From NCBI GenBank assembly GCA_046704725.1, contig JBJKRI010000008.1:32001-96000 (forward strand): 64,000 nucleotides of DNA, given 5' to 3'. The DNA comes from Candidatus Woesearchaeota archaeon (GTDB lineage Archaea; Nanobdellota; Nanobdellia; Woesearchaeales; SKIA01). Position numbers and translations under genes: made by a program. Positions 47,330 to 57,027 of the stretch are shown piece after piece (positions within the stretch are counted from its first letter, which is position 1; each line of letters starts with the position of its first letter). The notes beneath the pieces were generated by a model. It was not told where the DNA came from, did no database searches, and saw only the letters and a program-made list of their open reading frames with translations.

Positions 47330-48169
47330 GTGCAGGCGACAATCAGACCAACCAAGGAAGCACTCTCCCGGACCTGGGGCAGGAATACTGAATCAGACGT
47401 TCTCGTGGAATCCACGCCCGAGGAGATCATCAACCTGCTCACACAGCATGTCGGACCGGAACTCGCGCGGCAGACGATCGAGAGCATCGTCAAGATGACC
47501 GCACTGCATGGACGAGAAGGATACCTGCTAACCTTCGACTCCCTCGACCACTACCAAGAGCACCACCACGGCAGAGGCGTGGACTATAGCAGGGGAGAAC
47601 TGACGCTGGGATTCGCGCGCCGACCCGAAACCTACTCCTCCGAGATCACCGCGGCGGTACTGTACGACCATGCATCGAGCAAAGATCTCCATGACGGACT
47701 GAAAGTGTATGACCAGTCGCGCGGAGGGCTGCTCGGAATCGGGGCGAACATCGGGTTCGACGGCCGATACATCCGTGAGAACCTCGACCTGTCAGCGCTC
47801 GACGAGGCTATCGATCGCGGCTGGAGCCACATCGACTGCACGGGCACGCGCAACAGCGCGGCCTTCGTCGTCCACCAACAACGGCCAGTCATCAAGGTGC
47901 ACAGCAAGGAGTACAACCACTTTAGCTACCTCGAGCCCGTCACCAAGGACGGATGCCCCTCTTTCCGCTTCCACAGAGTGAAGTTGCCGCCGGAAACCGG
48001 TGGGGGAACGCGCGTTAGACATCCCCGACCCGACGCACCATACCTCGGCATCATCGACACCGACGTCGGTACGATCCGCTTCCCGTTGAGCAAGGCACCG
48101 CGACCAGCGTCCTCAGGGAAGAAATATCGCATCATGCCTGTCGGACCGCTCCATGTGCGCGCAGCATAA
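47330..48169 (+). CDS. Divergent DisA_N/diadenylate cyclase-fold protein
   Basis: GREGYLLTFD...LHDGLKVYD...GTRNSAA...VHSKE matches the order of the DAC motifs GALIV...LHDGA...GTRHRAA...VSEE. Confidence 0.55.
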   Translation: MQATIRPTKEALSRTWGRNTESDVLVESTPEEIINLLTQHVGPELARQTIESIVKMTALHGREGYLLTFDSLDHYQEHHHGRGVDYSRGELTLGFARRPETYSSEITAAVLYDHASSKDLHDGLKVYDQSRGGLLGIGANIGFDGRYIRENLDLSALDEAIDRGWSHIDCTGTRNSAAFVVHQQRPVIKVHSKEYNHFSYLEPVTKDGCPSFRFHRVKLPPETGGGTRVRHPRPDAPYLGIIDTDVGTIRFPLSKAPRPASSGKKYRIMPVGPLHVRAA

Positions 48170-48200
48170 GCATAAATAGGCCATCTCGTTCGGAACGACC

Positions 48201-48800
48201 ATGGAATCCTACCGGCAGACCACGCAATACACGGGTGCATCAGCAGCGCTGCTGATGGCACTGCACCACTACACGCCGGAGGAGTATCCATTGACGCGCG
48301 AGAAGGAATTCAGCATCTGGATGCGCAGCGCGAACCTGCCCACGCGATCGAGCAGCATCTACGCACTGGCGTGCGTGGCGAACGAATCCGGAGTGACCGC
48401 GCGCGTGATCGTCGGCGAGAAAGAGTACGACTATCCCGACTACCGCTTCAAGCGATACAAGAAGCTCGACATCGACCACGCCAAGTACAGCAGCAAGCTC
48501 CACGCGCGCCGCGCGCGAGAGCAGAAGATCCCGATCGAAGAACACGAGTTCACGCTCGAGGACGTGAAAAAACAACTCGCGAAAAGACGCCTGGTCATAT
48601 TGCGCGTCAACGCGGGCATCCTACGGGACCGCAAGGCGACAAGCCGCTACATCCTGATCACGGGGCACGACGACGGATACGCCGTGCAAGACCCCGACCA
48701 AGGAGCCCTCAAGATACCGGATGATGCGATGGAACGGGCGTTCGAGACGCTCGTGACACGCAAGAAGCGCGACCACCGCATGCTCGTGCTCGGCGATTAA
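48201..48800 (+). CDS. Peptidase C39-like (DUF3335-type) protein, apparently lacking the catalytic Cys/His
   Basis: YRQTTQYTGASAALLMA, ...SRYILITG...VQDP. Confidence 0.7.
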   Translation: MESYRQTTQYTGASAALLMALHHYTPEEYPLTREKEFSIWMRSANLPTRSSSIYALACVANESGVTARVIVGEKEYDYPDYRFKRYKKLDIDHAKYSSKLHARRAREQKIPIEEHEFTLEDVKKQLAKRRLVILRVNAGILRDRKATSRYILITGHDDGYAVQDPDQGALKIPDDAMERAFETLVTRKKRDHRMLVLGD

Positions 48801-51406
48801 TAGTCCTCTGCCGTGTGCGGGTCGATCCGATTGACGAAACGCGTGACGCCGCGGGCGATGAGGACCGACAATGCGGTCATGCACGCGATGACGACCCATT
48901 CGAGCACGGAGAGGCGCACGACACCGAAGAAGCTGGCGAGCGGCGTGTAGATGATGAGCAGCTGCAAGATGATCGGCACGAGCACCGCGTAGTTCAAGAA
49001 GGGATTGATGAAGAGACTGACCCCCTCGTCGAAGCGGATGGTCGCCACCCGGATGAAGTGCGAGAAGACCAGCCAGGTGAAGGTCATGGTCTGGGCGAGC
49101 TTCATGTTGCCGGAATACCACAAGGTGAAGAAGAAGATGGTGAGCAGCAAGACGACCTTCGTCAGACCGATGAGCACGGTGAGCCACACGATGTGGCCGT
49201 TGATGATCTTCTCGTCGGCACCCGTGGGCTTCTTTTGCATGATATGCTTGTGGGACGGGTCCACTCCCAAGGCCATGGCCGGCGCGACGTCGGTCACGAA
49301 ATTCACCCACAAGAGCTGTATGGCGGTGAAAGGGAGCTTGCCGATGAGCGCGGCGATGAAGACGACCATGACCTCAGCGACGTTCGAGGTCAACAGATAA
49401 TTGAGGACCTTGCGCACATTCGCAAAGACCGTGCGGCCCTGCTGCACGGCGAGGGTGACAGTCGAGAGCTTGTCGTCGAGCAATATGATATCGCCGGCCT
49501 CCTTGGCGATGTCCGAGCCGCGCTTGCCCATCGCGATACCCACCTCGCCCGTCTTGAGGGCAGGAACGTCATTGACGCCGTCGCCGGTGATGCCGACGCG
49601 CTTGCCGCTCTCCTGGAGCGTGGAGACGATGCGCAATTTGAACTCGGGGGACATGCGCGCGAAGACGTTGTACTCGTCCACGACCTTCTTGAGCTGGCTG
49701 GTAGACATGTCCTTGAGATCGTCCCAACTGATGGCCCTGATGTCGCGGAAGCCGCACTCCTTGGCGATGGCCTCGGCGGTGCGGATATTGTCGCCAGTGA
49801 TCATCTTGAGCTCGATGTTCGCGCCGTAGATGGTCTTGACGACCTTCTGGATGCCTTCTTGCGGCGGGTCGTAGATGCCTGCGAAGCCGACGAAGACCTC
49901 TTTGCCACGCTCGCCCTCCTTGTAGGAGAACGCGATGATGCGCAAGGCCTCGGACGAGAACGCGGTGAGCTCGTCCTCGATGCGATGCTTGTCGCGCGCG
50001 GTAAGCTTGCGGGCCTTGCCGCCCGCGAGGATGCTCTTGCAGGCGGCGAGCACCACCTCGGGAGCGCCCTTGCGATACGTGATGGCACGTCCCTTGTGCT
50101 TGTGGATGGAGACGACGCACTTGGTCTCCGAACTGAACGGCGATATCTTGGTGCGCGGATACTGCTTCTGCAGCGCGAAGATGTCCGTGCCGACATCGTT
50201 GAACACGTCGATGAGCGCGAGGTCCTCGGCGTTGCCCATGAAACCCTTGTCCGTGTCCTTGGCCTCGTTGGCGAGCAATGCGGTGTGGCGCACGGCCTCA
50301 AACGTCTTCTTGCCCGATAGCTTCTTGAGATCCTTCGCGTTAGCGTCATGCACCTCCCCGTCGAACCAGAGCTTCTTGACGGTCATGCGGTTCTGGGTGA
50401 GCGTGCCAGTCTTGTCCGTGCAGATGACATCGATGCTGCCGAGCGTCTCGAGCAATGACTTGCGCTTGACAAGGACGTTGAGCTTGGCAAGACGCGTCGT
50501 GGTGCTCGCCAAGGCGAAAGTGACGATGGCCGGCAAGCCCTCAGGGATAGAGCCGATGACCAATGCGCTCGCGATCATGAAGATATCCACCCAGTGGAAG
50601 CCGCGGATGAACAAGAAGACCGAGACGAAGGCGATAAGCACGAGAGCGACGTACGTGATCTTGCGCGCCGCCTCGTCCACCTCGGCGACGAAGGGCGAGG
50701 GCTTCTCGCCTCCAAGCGATTTCGCGATACGACCGACCTCTGTGCCAGAGCCGATACCGGTGACCACGATGGTCGCGGTGCCGCGCGTCACGAAAGTGTT
50801 CATGTAGACCATGTCGGTGCGGTCGGCGAGGCTCACCTCCGATTTCATCGCCTTGACCTGCTTGCTTGAGGCCTTGCTCTCGCCGGTCAACAATGCCTCG
50901 TCAACGGCGAGGTCCGCGCACTCGATGATGCGCCCGTCGGCCGGCACGCGCTCGCCTTCCTCGAGCAGGACGATGTCGCCGACCGTGAGCTCCTCGGCGT
51001 CCACCACGGTCTCCTTGCCGTCGCGACGCACACGGGCCTTGGTCTTCATGAGCGAGGTCAAAAGCTCGGCGGCCTTTTCGGACTTGTAGTCCTGATACGC
51101 GCCGATGAGGGCGTTGAAAACGATGATGAACGTGACGATAATGCCGTCGATGATCTGCTCGTGGCGATTCATCAACGAACCGGTGATGAACGCGAACGCC
51201 GCGATGATAATGAGCAGCCAGATGATATAGCTCTTGAACTGCTGGAGCAACAAGTGCCAGAACGACGCGCGCTTCTTCACCGCGATCGTGTTCGTGCCGT
51301 ACTTAGCGACACGGCTCCTCACCTCCCTGCCGGAGAGCCCCTCCTTGCGCGCGTCGAGCGCGGAGAGGGCCTCTTCGGGGGAAAGCCTTGAATACTCGGT
51401 TCCCAC
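48797..51406 (-). CDS. P-type cation (Ca2+-type, PIIA-like) transporting ATPase
   Basis: TGES, IPEGLP, DKTGT, KGAPE, MITGD, GDGVND; likely GTG start at 51406. Confidence 0.93.
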   Translation of the reverse strand: MGTEYSRLSPEEALSALDARKEGLSGREVRSRVAKYGTNTIAVKKRASFWHLLLQQFKSYIIWLLIIIAAFAFITGSLMNRHEQIIDGIIVTFIIVFNALIGAYQDYKSEKAAELLTSLMKTKARVRRDGKETVVDAEELTVGDIVLLEEGERVPADGRIIECADLAVDEALLTGESKASSKQVKAMKSEVSLADRTDMVYMNTFVTRGTATIVVTGIGSGTEVGRIAKSLGGEKPSPFVAEVDEAARKITYVALVLIAFVSVFLFIRGFHWVDIFMIASALVIGSIPEGLPAIVTFALASTTTRLAKLNVLVKRKSLLETLGSIDVICTDKTGTLTQNRMTVKKLWFDGEVHDANAKDLKKLSGKKTFEAVRHTALLANEAKDTDKGFMGNAEDLALIDVFNDVGTDIFALQKQYPRTKISPFSSETKCVVSIHKHKGRAITYRKGAPEVVLAACKSILAGGKARKLTARDKHRIEDELTAFSSEALRIIAFSYKEGERGKEVFVGFAGIYDPPQEGIQKVVKTIYGANIELKMITGDNIRTAEAIAKECGFRDIRAISWDDLKDMSTSQLKKVVDEYNVFARMSPEFKLRIVSTLQESGKRVGITGDGVNDVPALKTGEVGIAMGKRGSDIAKEAGDIILLDDKLSTVTLAVQQGRTVFANVRKVLNYLLTSNVAEVMVVFIAALIGKLPFTAIQLLWVNFVTDVAPAMALGVDPSHKHIMQKKPTGADEKIINGHIVWLTVLIGLTKVVLLLTIFFFTLWYSGNMKLAQTMTFTWLVFSHFIRVATIRFDEGVSLFINPFLNYAVLVPIILQLLIIYTPLASFFGVVRLSVLEWVVIACMTALSVLIARGVTRFVNRIDPHTAEDY

Positions 51407-51462
51407 CAGGTTTGTTCCCGAAAATCCTCCTTTAAAAGCTTTATAGAACTTCGAAGGCGTGG

Positions 51463-52560
51463 TCACGCGCGACGGATCGCGTCGTACTCCTCGAGCACGA
51501 TGACGTCGAGCTCGTCGGTATCGCTCACCACGGACAATCGGCCGTCGCCGACATCTACTATTTGACGCGCGAGATCCTCGCCCTTCGCGTCCAAGCCGAT
51601 ACCGATGACGGACACGGCGATACCGGCTGCGCGCGCCTCGGCGACCGCGGCGAGCACATCGGTCTCGGGATCGGAACCGATCGTGGGAAGCGCATCGGTG
51701 AGGATGATGAGATGGTTGGCGCCCTCCTGGCGAGGGAACGTCGTGACCGCGTGGCGCACCACGCCGGCGATGTCGGTCTCGCTTCCCGTGCGCAAGCCCG
51801 CAAGAGAGCGCAATATGCCGCGGAAATCCTTTCCCGGCGGGACGCTGCGCTCGACCTCCTTGCCGAAGACGCACAAGCCGACCTTGTCGCCCGCGGACAT
51901 CGCCTTCCAAGCGAGGGCGACTCCCGCGCGCTTTGCCTGCATGATCTTCGCGCCGCGCATGCTTCCCGAGGCGTCGATCGCGTAAATGATGTTCGCAGCA
52001 CCTTTGGCCTCGCGCTCAAAGGCGCGCAGGTCCTCGACGCGCAAGGAACGATGCCCCCGGCGCAAGGCGGTCTTGACGGACTGCTGGACGCTCACCGAAC
52101 GGTATGGCTCGTCGACGAAGGGCTTTGTTTGCTCGCGCATGCCCGTGACGGCTCGCCGCTTATGCACGCGCTCGCCCAGAAGGCCGCGCGCGTCCAGATG
52201 CTCAAGCTCTTGCACCGCGAGCGATACCGCTGCGAGCTCGAGCGCGTCGTCGGTGAACGCGCCGTCCGCGCCGATGACGCCCTGCTCCTGCAATTCGTCG
52301 AAGTTCTGCTTGATGCGCTCTTGCAGGTGGCGCCGGAACTCGGGGATCGTCGAGTTACGCTCGACATAGTCGGGAGGATAGCCTGTCAACTGACGGACGA
52401 GACGGTCGCCGAACAAGCGCTCCGCCGAGCGATAGTCCTTGACGAGCTTGGCCATGAGCAGCTCGGGCGTGAAGAACATCGCGTTGTTGGACACGGACTC
52501 AAGCACCATGTTCCCGAGATCGATGTCGGGCTTGTCAGCGTCGAGCACCGAATGCATCAA
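51463..52560 (-). CDS. ChlD-like vWA domain protein (coding-like frame extends to about 52683)
   Basis: AIDASGSM MIDAS, TDIA, LTDALPT; an in-frame acidic stretch upstream has no start codon. Confidence 0.85.
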   Translation of the reverse strand: MMHSVLDADKPDIDLGNMVLESVSNNAMFFTPELLMAKLVKDYRSAERLFGDRLVRQLTGYPPDYVERNSTIPEFRRHLQERIKQNFDELQEQGVIGADGAFTDDALELAAVSLAVQELEHLDARGLLGERVHKRRAVTGMREQTKPFVDEPYRSVSVQQSVKTALRRGHRSLRVEDLRAFEREAKGAANIIYAIDASGSMRGAKIMQAKRAGVALAWKAMSAGDKVGLCVFGKEVERSVPPGKDFRGILRSLAGLRTGSETDIAGVVRHAVTTFPRQEGANHLIILTDALPTIGSDPETDVLAAVAEARAAGIAVSVIGIGLDAKGEDLARQIVDVGDGRLSVVSDTDELDVIVLEEYDAIRRA

Positions 52561-52678
52561 CCCTTGCTTGTCCGCGTCGCTTCCGGGCTTTCCGGAGATC
52601 TCCTCTGCCTCCGCGAACTCGGAGACATTAACCTCTTCTTGCTCGCCGGCGTCCTCACCCCCGTCGTCGGATTCGGCG

Positions 52679-53656
52679 TTACCCGCCCTCGCCCAGCTGT
52701 AACCGGTTCTCCTCGGTGTAAGCGGAGAACTCCTCGGCCACGTACTGCTGGGCGGTCTTGAGGTAACGCGCAGCGGGCTTCAGGGAAAGACGGTGCGCGA
52801 GCACGGACGCGACCGCCTCCGAGAGGTCCTGCAATGTCGCCGCGTCGTGGCCGGAGAGCGTGGCGTTCGCAGAAGCGCGCTCGATGAGGCCGAGCGTCGC
52901 CCTGACGGACGGCGCCATCTCGAGGTTCTTGTCCAACCGCAGGCCGCGCACGAAACGCACCGCGTACGTCGTGAGAGCGTCGGGCACCGGCGCGTGGAGG
53001 CGCGCGTACTCCTTGACGATGCGCACCTCGTCCTCGAGGGTGTCCGGATAGGACATGTAGATCAGGTCGAAGCGGTCCAAGAAGACCTTAGAGAGCTCCT
53101 CGGTGCTGTTGTCGTCGGGGTTCATCGTGCCGATGAAGACGAAGGAGGCGGGGAAGTCCACGTCGTAGCTGCCGACAGTCGCCACCCGCTCCTGCAACAC
53201 TTGGAGCATCGCGTTCTGCAGCTTGTCCGAGCAGCGGTTGATCTCGTCGAAGAACAAGACGCCGTTGTTCGCCTTGAAGATCTTGCCGGGAGTGAACGCC
53301 TCCACAGACAAGGGACCGTACTCCATGGCGCGCACAGGATCGATATCGCCGATGAGGTCCTCGGCGGTGAGGTCGGGACTGCCCTGGACGCGCACGAAAC
53401 GCTCCTCGCCCGAGAAGGTGCGCGTCTTCGCCTTGCCGTCCGGTTCGCGACGAAACGCGTCGTCCGTCAACTCCATGTCCGGGAGCAATCGCGAGACGCT
53501 CTTGGCGAGCGTGGTCTTTCCCACGCCGGGCGGCCCGACGAGGATGACGTGCCTGCCGCTGAGCAGGGCGCTCTTGAGCTGACGCTTCACTCTGTCTTGT
53601 CCGATGATCTCGGGGAACTCCGCAGAAAGGAGGCCCTCGGTGAATTGCGATGGCAT
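52679..53656 (-). CDS. ChlI-like (chelatase/MoxR-type) AAA+ ATPase
   Basis: IIGQD, GPPGVGKT, GSPDLTAEDLIGDIDP, KANNGVLFFDEINR, TMNP, DRFD. Confidence 0.9.
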   Translation of the reverse strand: MPSQFTEGLLSAEFPEIIGQDRVKRQLKSALLSGRHVILVGPPGVGKTTLAKSVSRLLPDMELTDDAFRREPDGKAKTRTFSGEERFVRVQGSPDLTAEDLIGDIDPVRAMEYGPLSVEAFTPGKIFKANNGVLFFDEINRCSDKLQNAMLQVLQERVATVGSYDVDFPASFVFIGTMNPDDNSTEELSKVFLDRFDLIYMSYPDTLEDEVRIVKEYARLHAPVPDALTTYAVRFVRGLRLDKNLEMAPSVRATLGLIERASANATLSGHDAATLQDLSEAVASVLAHRLSLKPAARYLKTAQQYVAEEFSAYTEENRLQLGEGG

Positions 53657-53689
53657 AGGCGCAGGGGAAAGCACGGACGGGTTAAAAGC

Positions 53690-54391
53690 CTATCCCGTCG
53701 TGTTCGTCGCGTTGCAGTTCGGGACCATGGTCCAGCCCGATGGCACGTCGCACGGCGTGTTGAAGGTGCGGCACTCGCCAGACGAGGTGTTCTCCGCGGT
53801 CGTGAGGACCTGCGCGCACAAGGTCTGGTTGGTCTGGTTCACTGTCTGGCCGACGGGCTTGATGCCCTGGTTGGGCGTGGTGAAGAAGATACGCTCCATA
53901 CCCTGGCTGTTGATGAAGACCTGATATCCGAGCTTGTCGTAGTAGAAGATACGCTCTTTCTGGAGGTCCTGGCTCAATGTCGGGACGCCGAACAATCCGT
54001 AGATGTCAGAGAGATTGTGCCTGATGACGGTCTGGTTGACGAGGAACGGGTTAGCGGCCTGCGTGACGAGAATGCCCTGCACCTTGCCCTCCACCAAATG
54101 ATAGAGGACGGCGCTCTTGTTCTGGCCGAGGTCGTACTCGATGTTGCGGATCTTGCCGAACTGATAGTCCTGCGAGACGTCTGGCTTGCCGAGGATGGCC
54201 TCGATGTGGCTCTGGTTGTCGCCCAGGCCCGTGCCGAAGACGCGGACCTGGTCCGCGGGGATGTTCTGGAGCAGGACGTCGTGGTAGAGGACCTCTCCAG
54301 GGACGTTCGGGACATTGCTCTGCCACGTCGCCTGATGGGTGCAGGCAGCCAAGAGCAGGAACGCCGTCACGGCGACTAGGAACCATCGCAT
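53690..54391 (-). CDS. Hypothetical lipoprotein
   Basis: LLAAC lipobox; C-terminal CAQVLT...GECRTFNTPCDVPSGW. Confidence 0.75.
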   Translation of the reverse strand: MRWFLVAVTAFLLLAACTHQATWQSNVPNVPGEVLYHDVLLQNIPADQVRVFGTGLGDNQSHIEAILGKPDVSQDYQFGKIRNIEYDLGQNKSAVLYHLVEGKVQGILVTQAANPFLVNQTVIRHNLSDIYGLFGVPTLSQDLQKERIFYYDKLGYQVFINSQGMERIFFTTPNQGIKPVGQTVNQTNQTLCAQVLTTAENTSSGECRTFNTPCDVPSGWTMVPNCNATNTTG

Positions 54392-54433
54392 CCGTGTGCG
54401 ACGAGTCCCGCGTTTATAACGCTTGCGAAGGAA

Positions 54434-54901
54434 TCATCGAGCCGCGACGGCCCAGCCCGCGATGCCGAGGACGGAAGCGGCGGTCACGATGACGCCGGCG
54501 ACGATGACGCCGGCCACGCACGCCCAGAAGAACGGCCAGAAACCCGTGTCCAACACCTGGCTCGCGAGAGCTCCCGAGTAGACGCCGCTGCCCGGCAAGG
54601 GGACGGCGATGAAAGCGGCGAGGGCGTAGGCGCCCCAGCGCTCGGTGGCCTTGTGGACCTGGCGGCGCACATGCTCGACGTACCGGTTCGCCAATCGGGA
54701 GAACCACTTGAAACGCATGAACCATTCGTAGAGCAGCTCTAGCGCCCACCAGACGAGCACGCCGATGATGATGTTCGCCACGACACCGAGCAAGAACGCC
54801 TGCCACCAGGGGATGCCGCCGGCGATGCCGACGGGGATGCCCGCGCGCAGCTCCAGGCCGGGGGCGAAGGTGAGGAGCACGAGCAGCAAGTAACTATTCA
54901 T
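54434..54901 (-). CDS. COG2426-type small multidrug export-like membrane protein
   Basis: PGLELRAGIP, FIAVPLPGSGVYSG. Confidence 0.85.
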   Translation of the reverse strand: MNSYLLLVLLTFAPGLELRAGIPVGIAGGIPWWQAFLLGVVANIIIGVLVWWALELLYEWFMRFKWFSRLANRYVEHVRRQVHKATERWGAYALAAFIAVPLPGSGVYSGALASQVLDTGFWPFFWACVAGVIVAGVIVTAASVLGIAGWAVAAR

Positions 54902-56162
54902 CGGCTTCCTCGATGCGCTTGACATTCTCGACGGAGATGTGCAGCTGCTCTTTCAAGTGATGGCGCAATGCCGCCGGGACCTGCTCTGGACGGCGCAAGG
55001 CGCGCTCGGCCTTGGTGTGGAGCCGGCCGTCACGCTCGTAGGTCTCCTCGTGGGTCTTCTTGAACCGTTCCGCGTCGGCCTTCGCCGAGACGGGAGGGCC
55101 TTGGCGCTCGACAAGACGCGGCAATGAATGCTCTTTTGTGACGTACCACGCGTAGGAATCCTCTTTGTGCGCGAAGTGCCAGCCGCGCTCCACGACAGTG
55201 AAGCCCGCGCGCTCAAGAGACGACTCGATGCGCTCGAAAGCTTTTCTCACGCGCGCCCCCGCGATGTCGGGTTTGTCGTCGTCAGGGCTGCGCAACGTCA
55301 CGAGCACCGCCGCGCCGGACGCTTTCGCCAGTCGTTCGCGCACGCGCTTCTCGTCGAAGGACTCGATGATGAAAAAGGATTCGGACGGCGAGCGCATGAA
55401 GGATTTGCAACGAGCGACGAAACGGTCGAACTGCTCCTGGCTCAACGCGGCGGCCGCGTTGCGCTCCGGCTGGACGGGATCAACGATGAGCAGCGGCGCG
55501 TGCTTCTGGGGATCGATGGCGGTCAATGGATCCTTGTGATGGCCTTCAAGGTCGATGACGACGGGCGCCTTCCAGGACGCCGCCGCCTTGGCGAGCTCGT
55601 AGAACGACTTGTAGCGCACGACGAGCAGGTCGATGACATGGCCGGAGAAGCCACGGATATAGGATTCTGCCCCGTAGACTCCCGCGGCCTTGCAGAACTG
55701 CTTGGCAAGACGCACCTCATCCTGCAATCCTTCTCCATGAGCGCGGAAGTACGTGACGTGCAGCGGGCTCATGTCGGTGACGTTGCGCGCCCGCGTCGCG
55801 TCCTCGACGGCGAGGACGGGGATGACCTCGAAATCGAAATCCCTGTAGGAGAACTGGAAGTAATCGCGGCTGCCGTGGATGCGCTCGGGCTTGAAACGGG
55901 AGAGGACGTCCTCGAGGATGTCCGGCAATTCCTCGTCCTCCATATCATAATCAAGGGCGAAGCGCACGAACACGTCGATATCGTGGTCGTCGCGCAAGAA
56001 GGTGTCCTTCGCGACAGAACCGCCCGGGACCGCCCGAGCCATGACCTGGCGCTTCTCCAACTCGGCATTGATGATGGTGAGGGCCTCGTCGCGCACGTCG
56101 CGCACGGACGGGTCGGGACGCAAGGCCTCCTTGACCTCCTCGAGCATGCTGAACACGGACAT
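54894..56162 (-). CDS. cca: Archaeal CCA-adding enzyme
   Basis: GGSVAKDTFL..DHDIDVF, GVYGAESYIRGFSG, DPVQPERNAAAA. Confidence 0.93.
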   Translation of the reverse strand: MSVFSMLEEVKEALRPDPSVRDVRDEALTIINAELEKRQVMARAVPGGSVAKDTFLRDDHDIDVFVRFALDYDMEDEELPDILEDVLSRFKPERIHGSRDYFQFSYRDFDFEVIPVLAVEDATRARNVTDMSPLHVTYFRAHGEGLQDEVRLAKQFCKAAGVYGAESYIRGFSGHVIDLLVVRYKSFYELAKAAASWKAPVVIDLEGHHKDPLTAIDPQKHAPLLIVDPVQPERNAAAALSQEQFDRFVARCKSFMRSPSESFFIIESFDEKRVRERLAKASGAAVLVTLRSPDDDKPDIAGARVRKAFERIESSLERAGFTVVERGWHFAHKEDSYAWYVTKEHSLPRLVERQGPPVSAKADAERFKKTHEETYERDGRLHTKAERALRRPEQVPAALRHHLKEQLHISVENVKRIEEADE

Positions 56163-56199
56163 GACTGCATTGAACCGCTCTCCCTTTAAGTGGGTTGCG

Positions 56200-56892
56200 C
56201 TAGGGCTTGGGGCGCTTCTGGAGCAGGTCTATCTGGAGCTGCTGGATCTCGAGGAGGTGCTGCCACTGCTGCTGGATGAGGTAATCCACCTTCTCGGAGA
56301 GGTTGCGTATCTGCAGTTCGGCCTTGAGATTGACCTTGTAGTCGTTCTCCGAGCGCAATCGGTCCTTGTCCTCCTTGCGGTTCTGGCTCATCATGATGAT
56401 GGGCGCCTGTATGGCGGCAAGGGTGGACAAGACGAGGTTGAGGAGGATGAACGGGTAGGGATCGAAGGGATGCGCGGCGATGAGCCAGACGTTGAGCGCT
56501 ATCCACGCGAACATCGCGACGCCGAACGAGATGATGAACGTCCAGCTCCCGCCGAAGTCCGCGATGGCGTCCGAAGCGCGCTCGCCGAAGGTGAGCTTGC
56601 GGTCGAACATGGCATCTACGTTGCGCGCGAGGATCTCGTAATCGACCATGCTCTTGATGACCTCGTGGTCGAGCTTGGTGAGTTCGCCCCTCTCGGCGGC
56701 GACGATGCTCTCTATGTAGTGCTGTCGATAGCGTTTGAGGTCCTGCCGGCAGATGATCGCATCCTGCGAGACATCGGGGTGGTCCTGGATGATGAGCTCC
56801 TGCACGCCGGGACGGACGGTGTGCATGCGCTCGCCGTCCTGCATGCGGCGCTCCTTGCCGCAGAGCGCGCACGTGAAGCTCTTGCCGTTCAT
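56200..56892 (-). CDS. DUF1003 domain membrane protein
   Basis: FGGSWTFI, FDPYPFILLNL, QAPIIMMSQNR, DYKVNLKAE. Confidence 0.9.
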   Translation of the reverse strand: MNGKSFTCALCGKERRMQDGERMHTVRPGVQELIIQDHPDVSQDAIICRQDLKRYRQHYIESIVAAERGELTKLDHEVIKSMVDYEILARNVDAMFDRKLTFGERASDAIADFGGSWTFIISFGVAMFAWIALNVWLIAAHPFDPYPFILLNLVLSTLAAIQAPIIMMSQNRKEDKDRLRSENDYKVNLKAELQIRNLSEKVDYLIQQQWQHLLEIQQLQIDLLQKRPKP

Positions 56893-57027
56893 CGATACAG
56901 ACCCGGCGCGGCGATTATTTAAGGGTTTGCCGTGGACGGCATGATTCGCGTAGAGCAACGTCCCTATCGCCCGATGGGGGCGTGGCCGCCGCAAACATTC
57001 AAATACTCTGTGGCGCTCAAACGACAG

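Noticed and set aside
51407-51910. N-terminal extension of the P-type ATPase (the ORF track similarly over-extends 6207, 9016, 17336, 20641, 42857, 56932, 59590)
   Set aside because: The extensions overlap neighbouring genes in another frame; TATA/SD positions and homology motifs point to downstream starts.
51463-53656. Functional magnesium/cobalt chelatase (tetrapyrrole synthesis)
   Set aside because: No ChlH/CobN or other tetrapyrrole genes are in the window, so only the AAA/vWA family assignment is supported.
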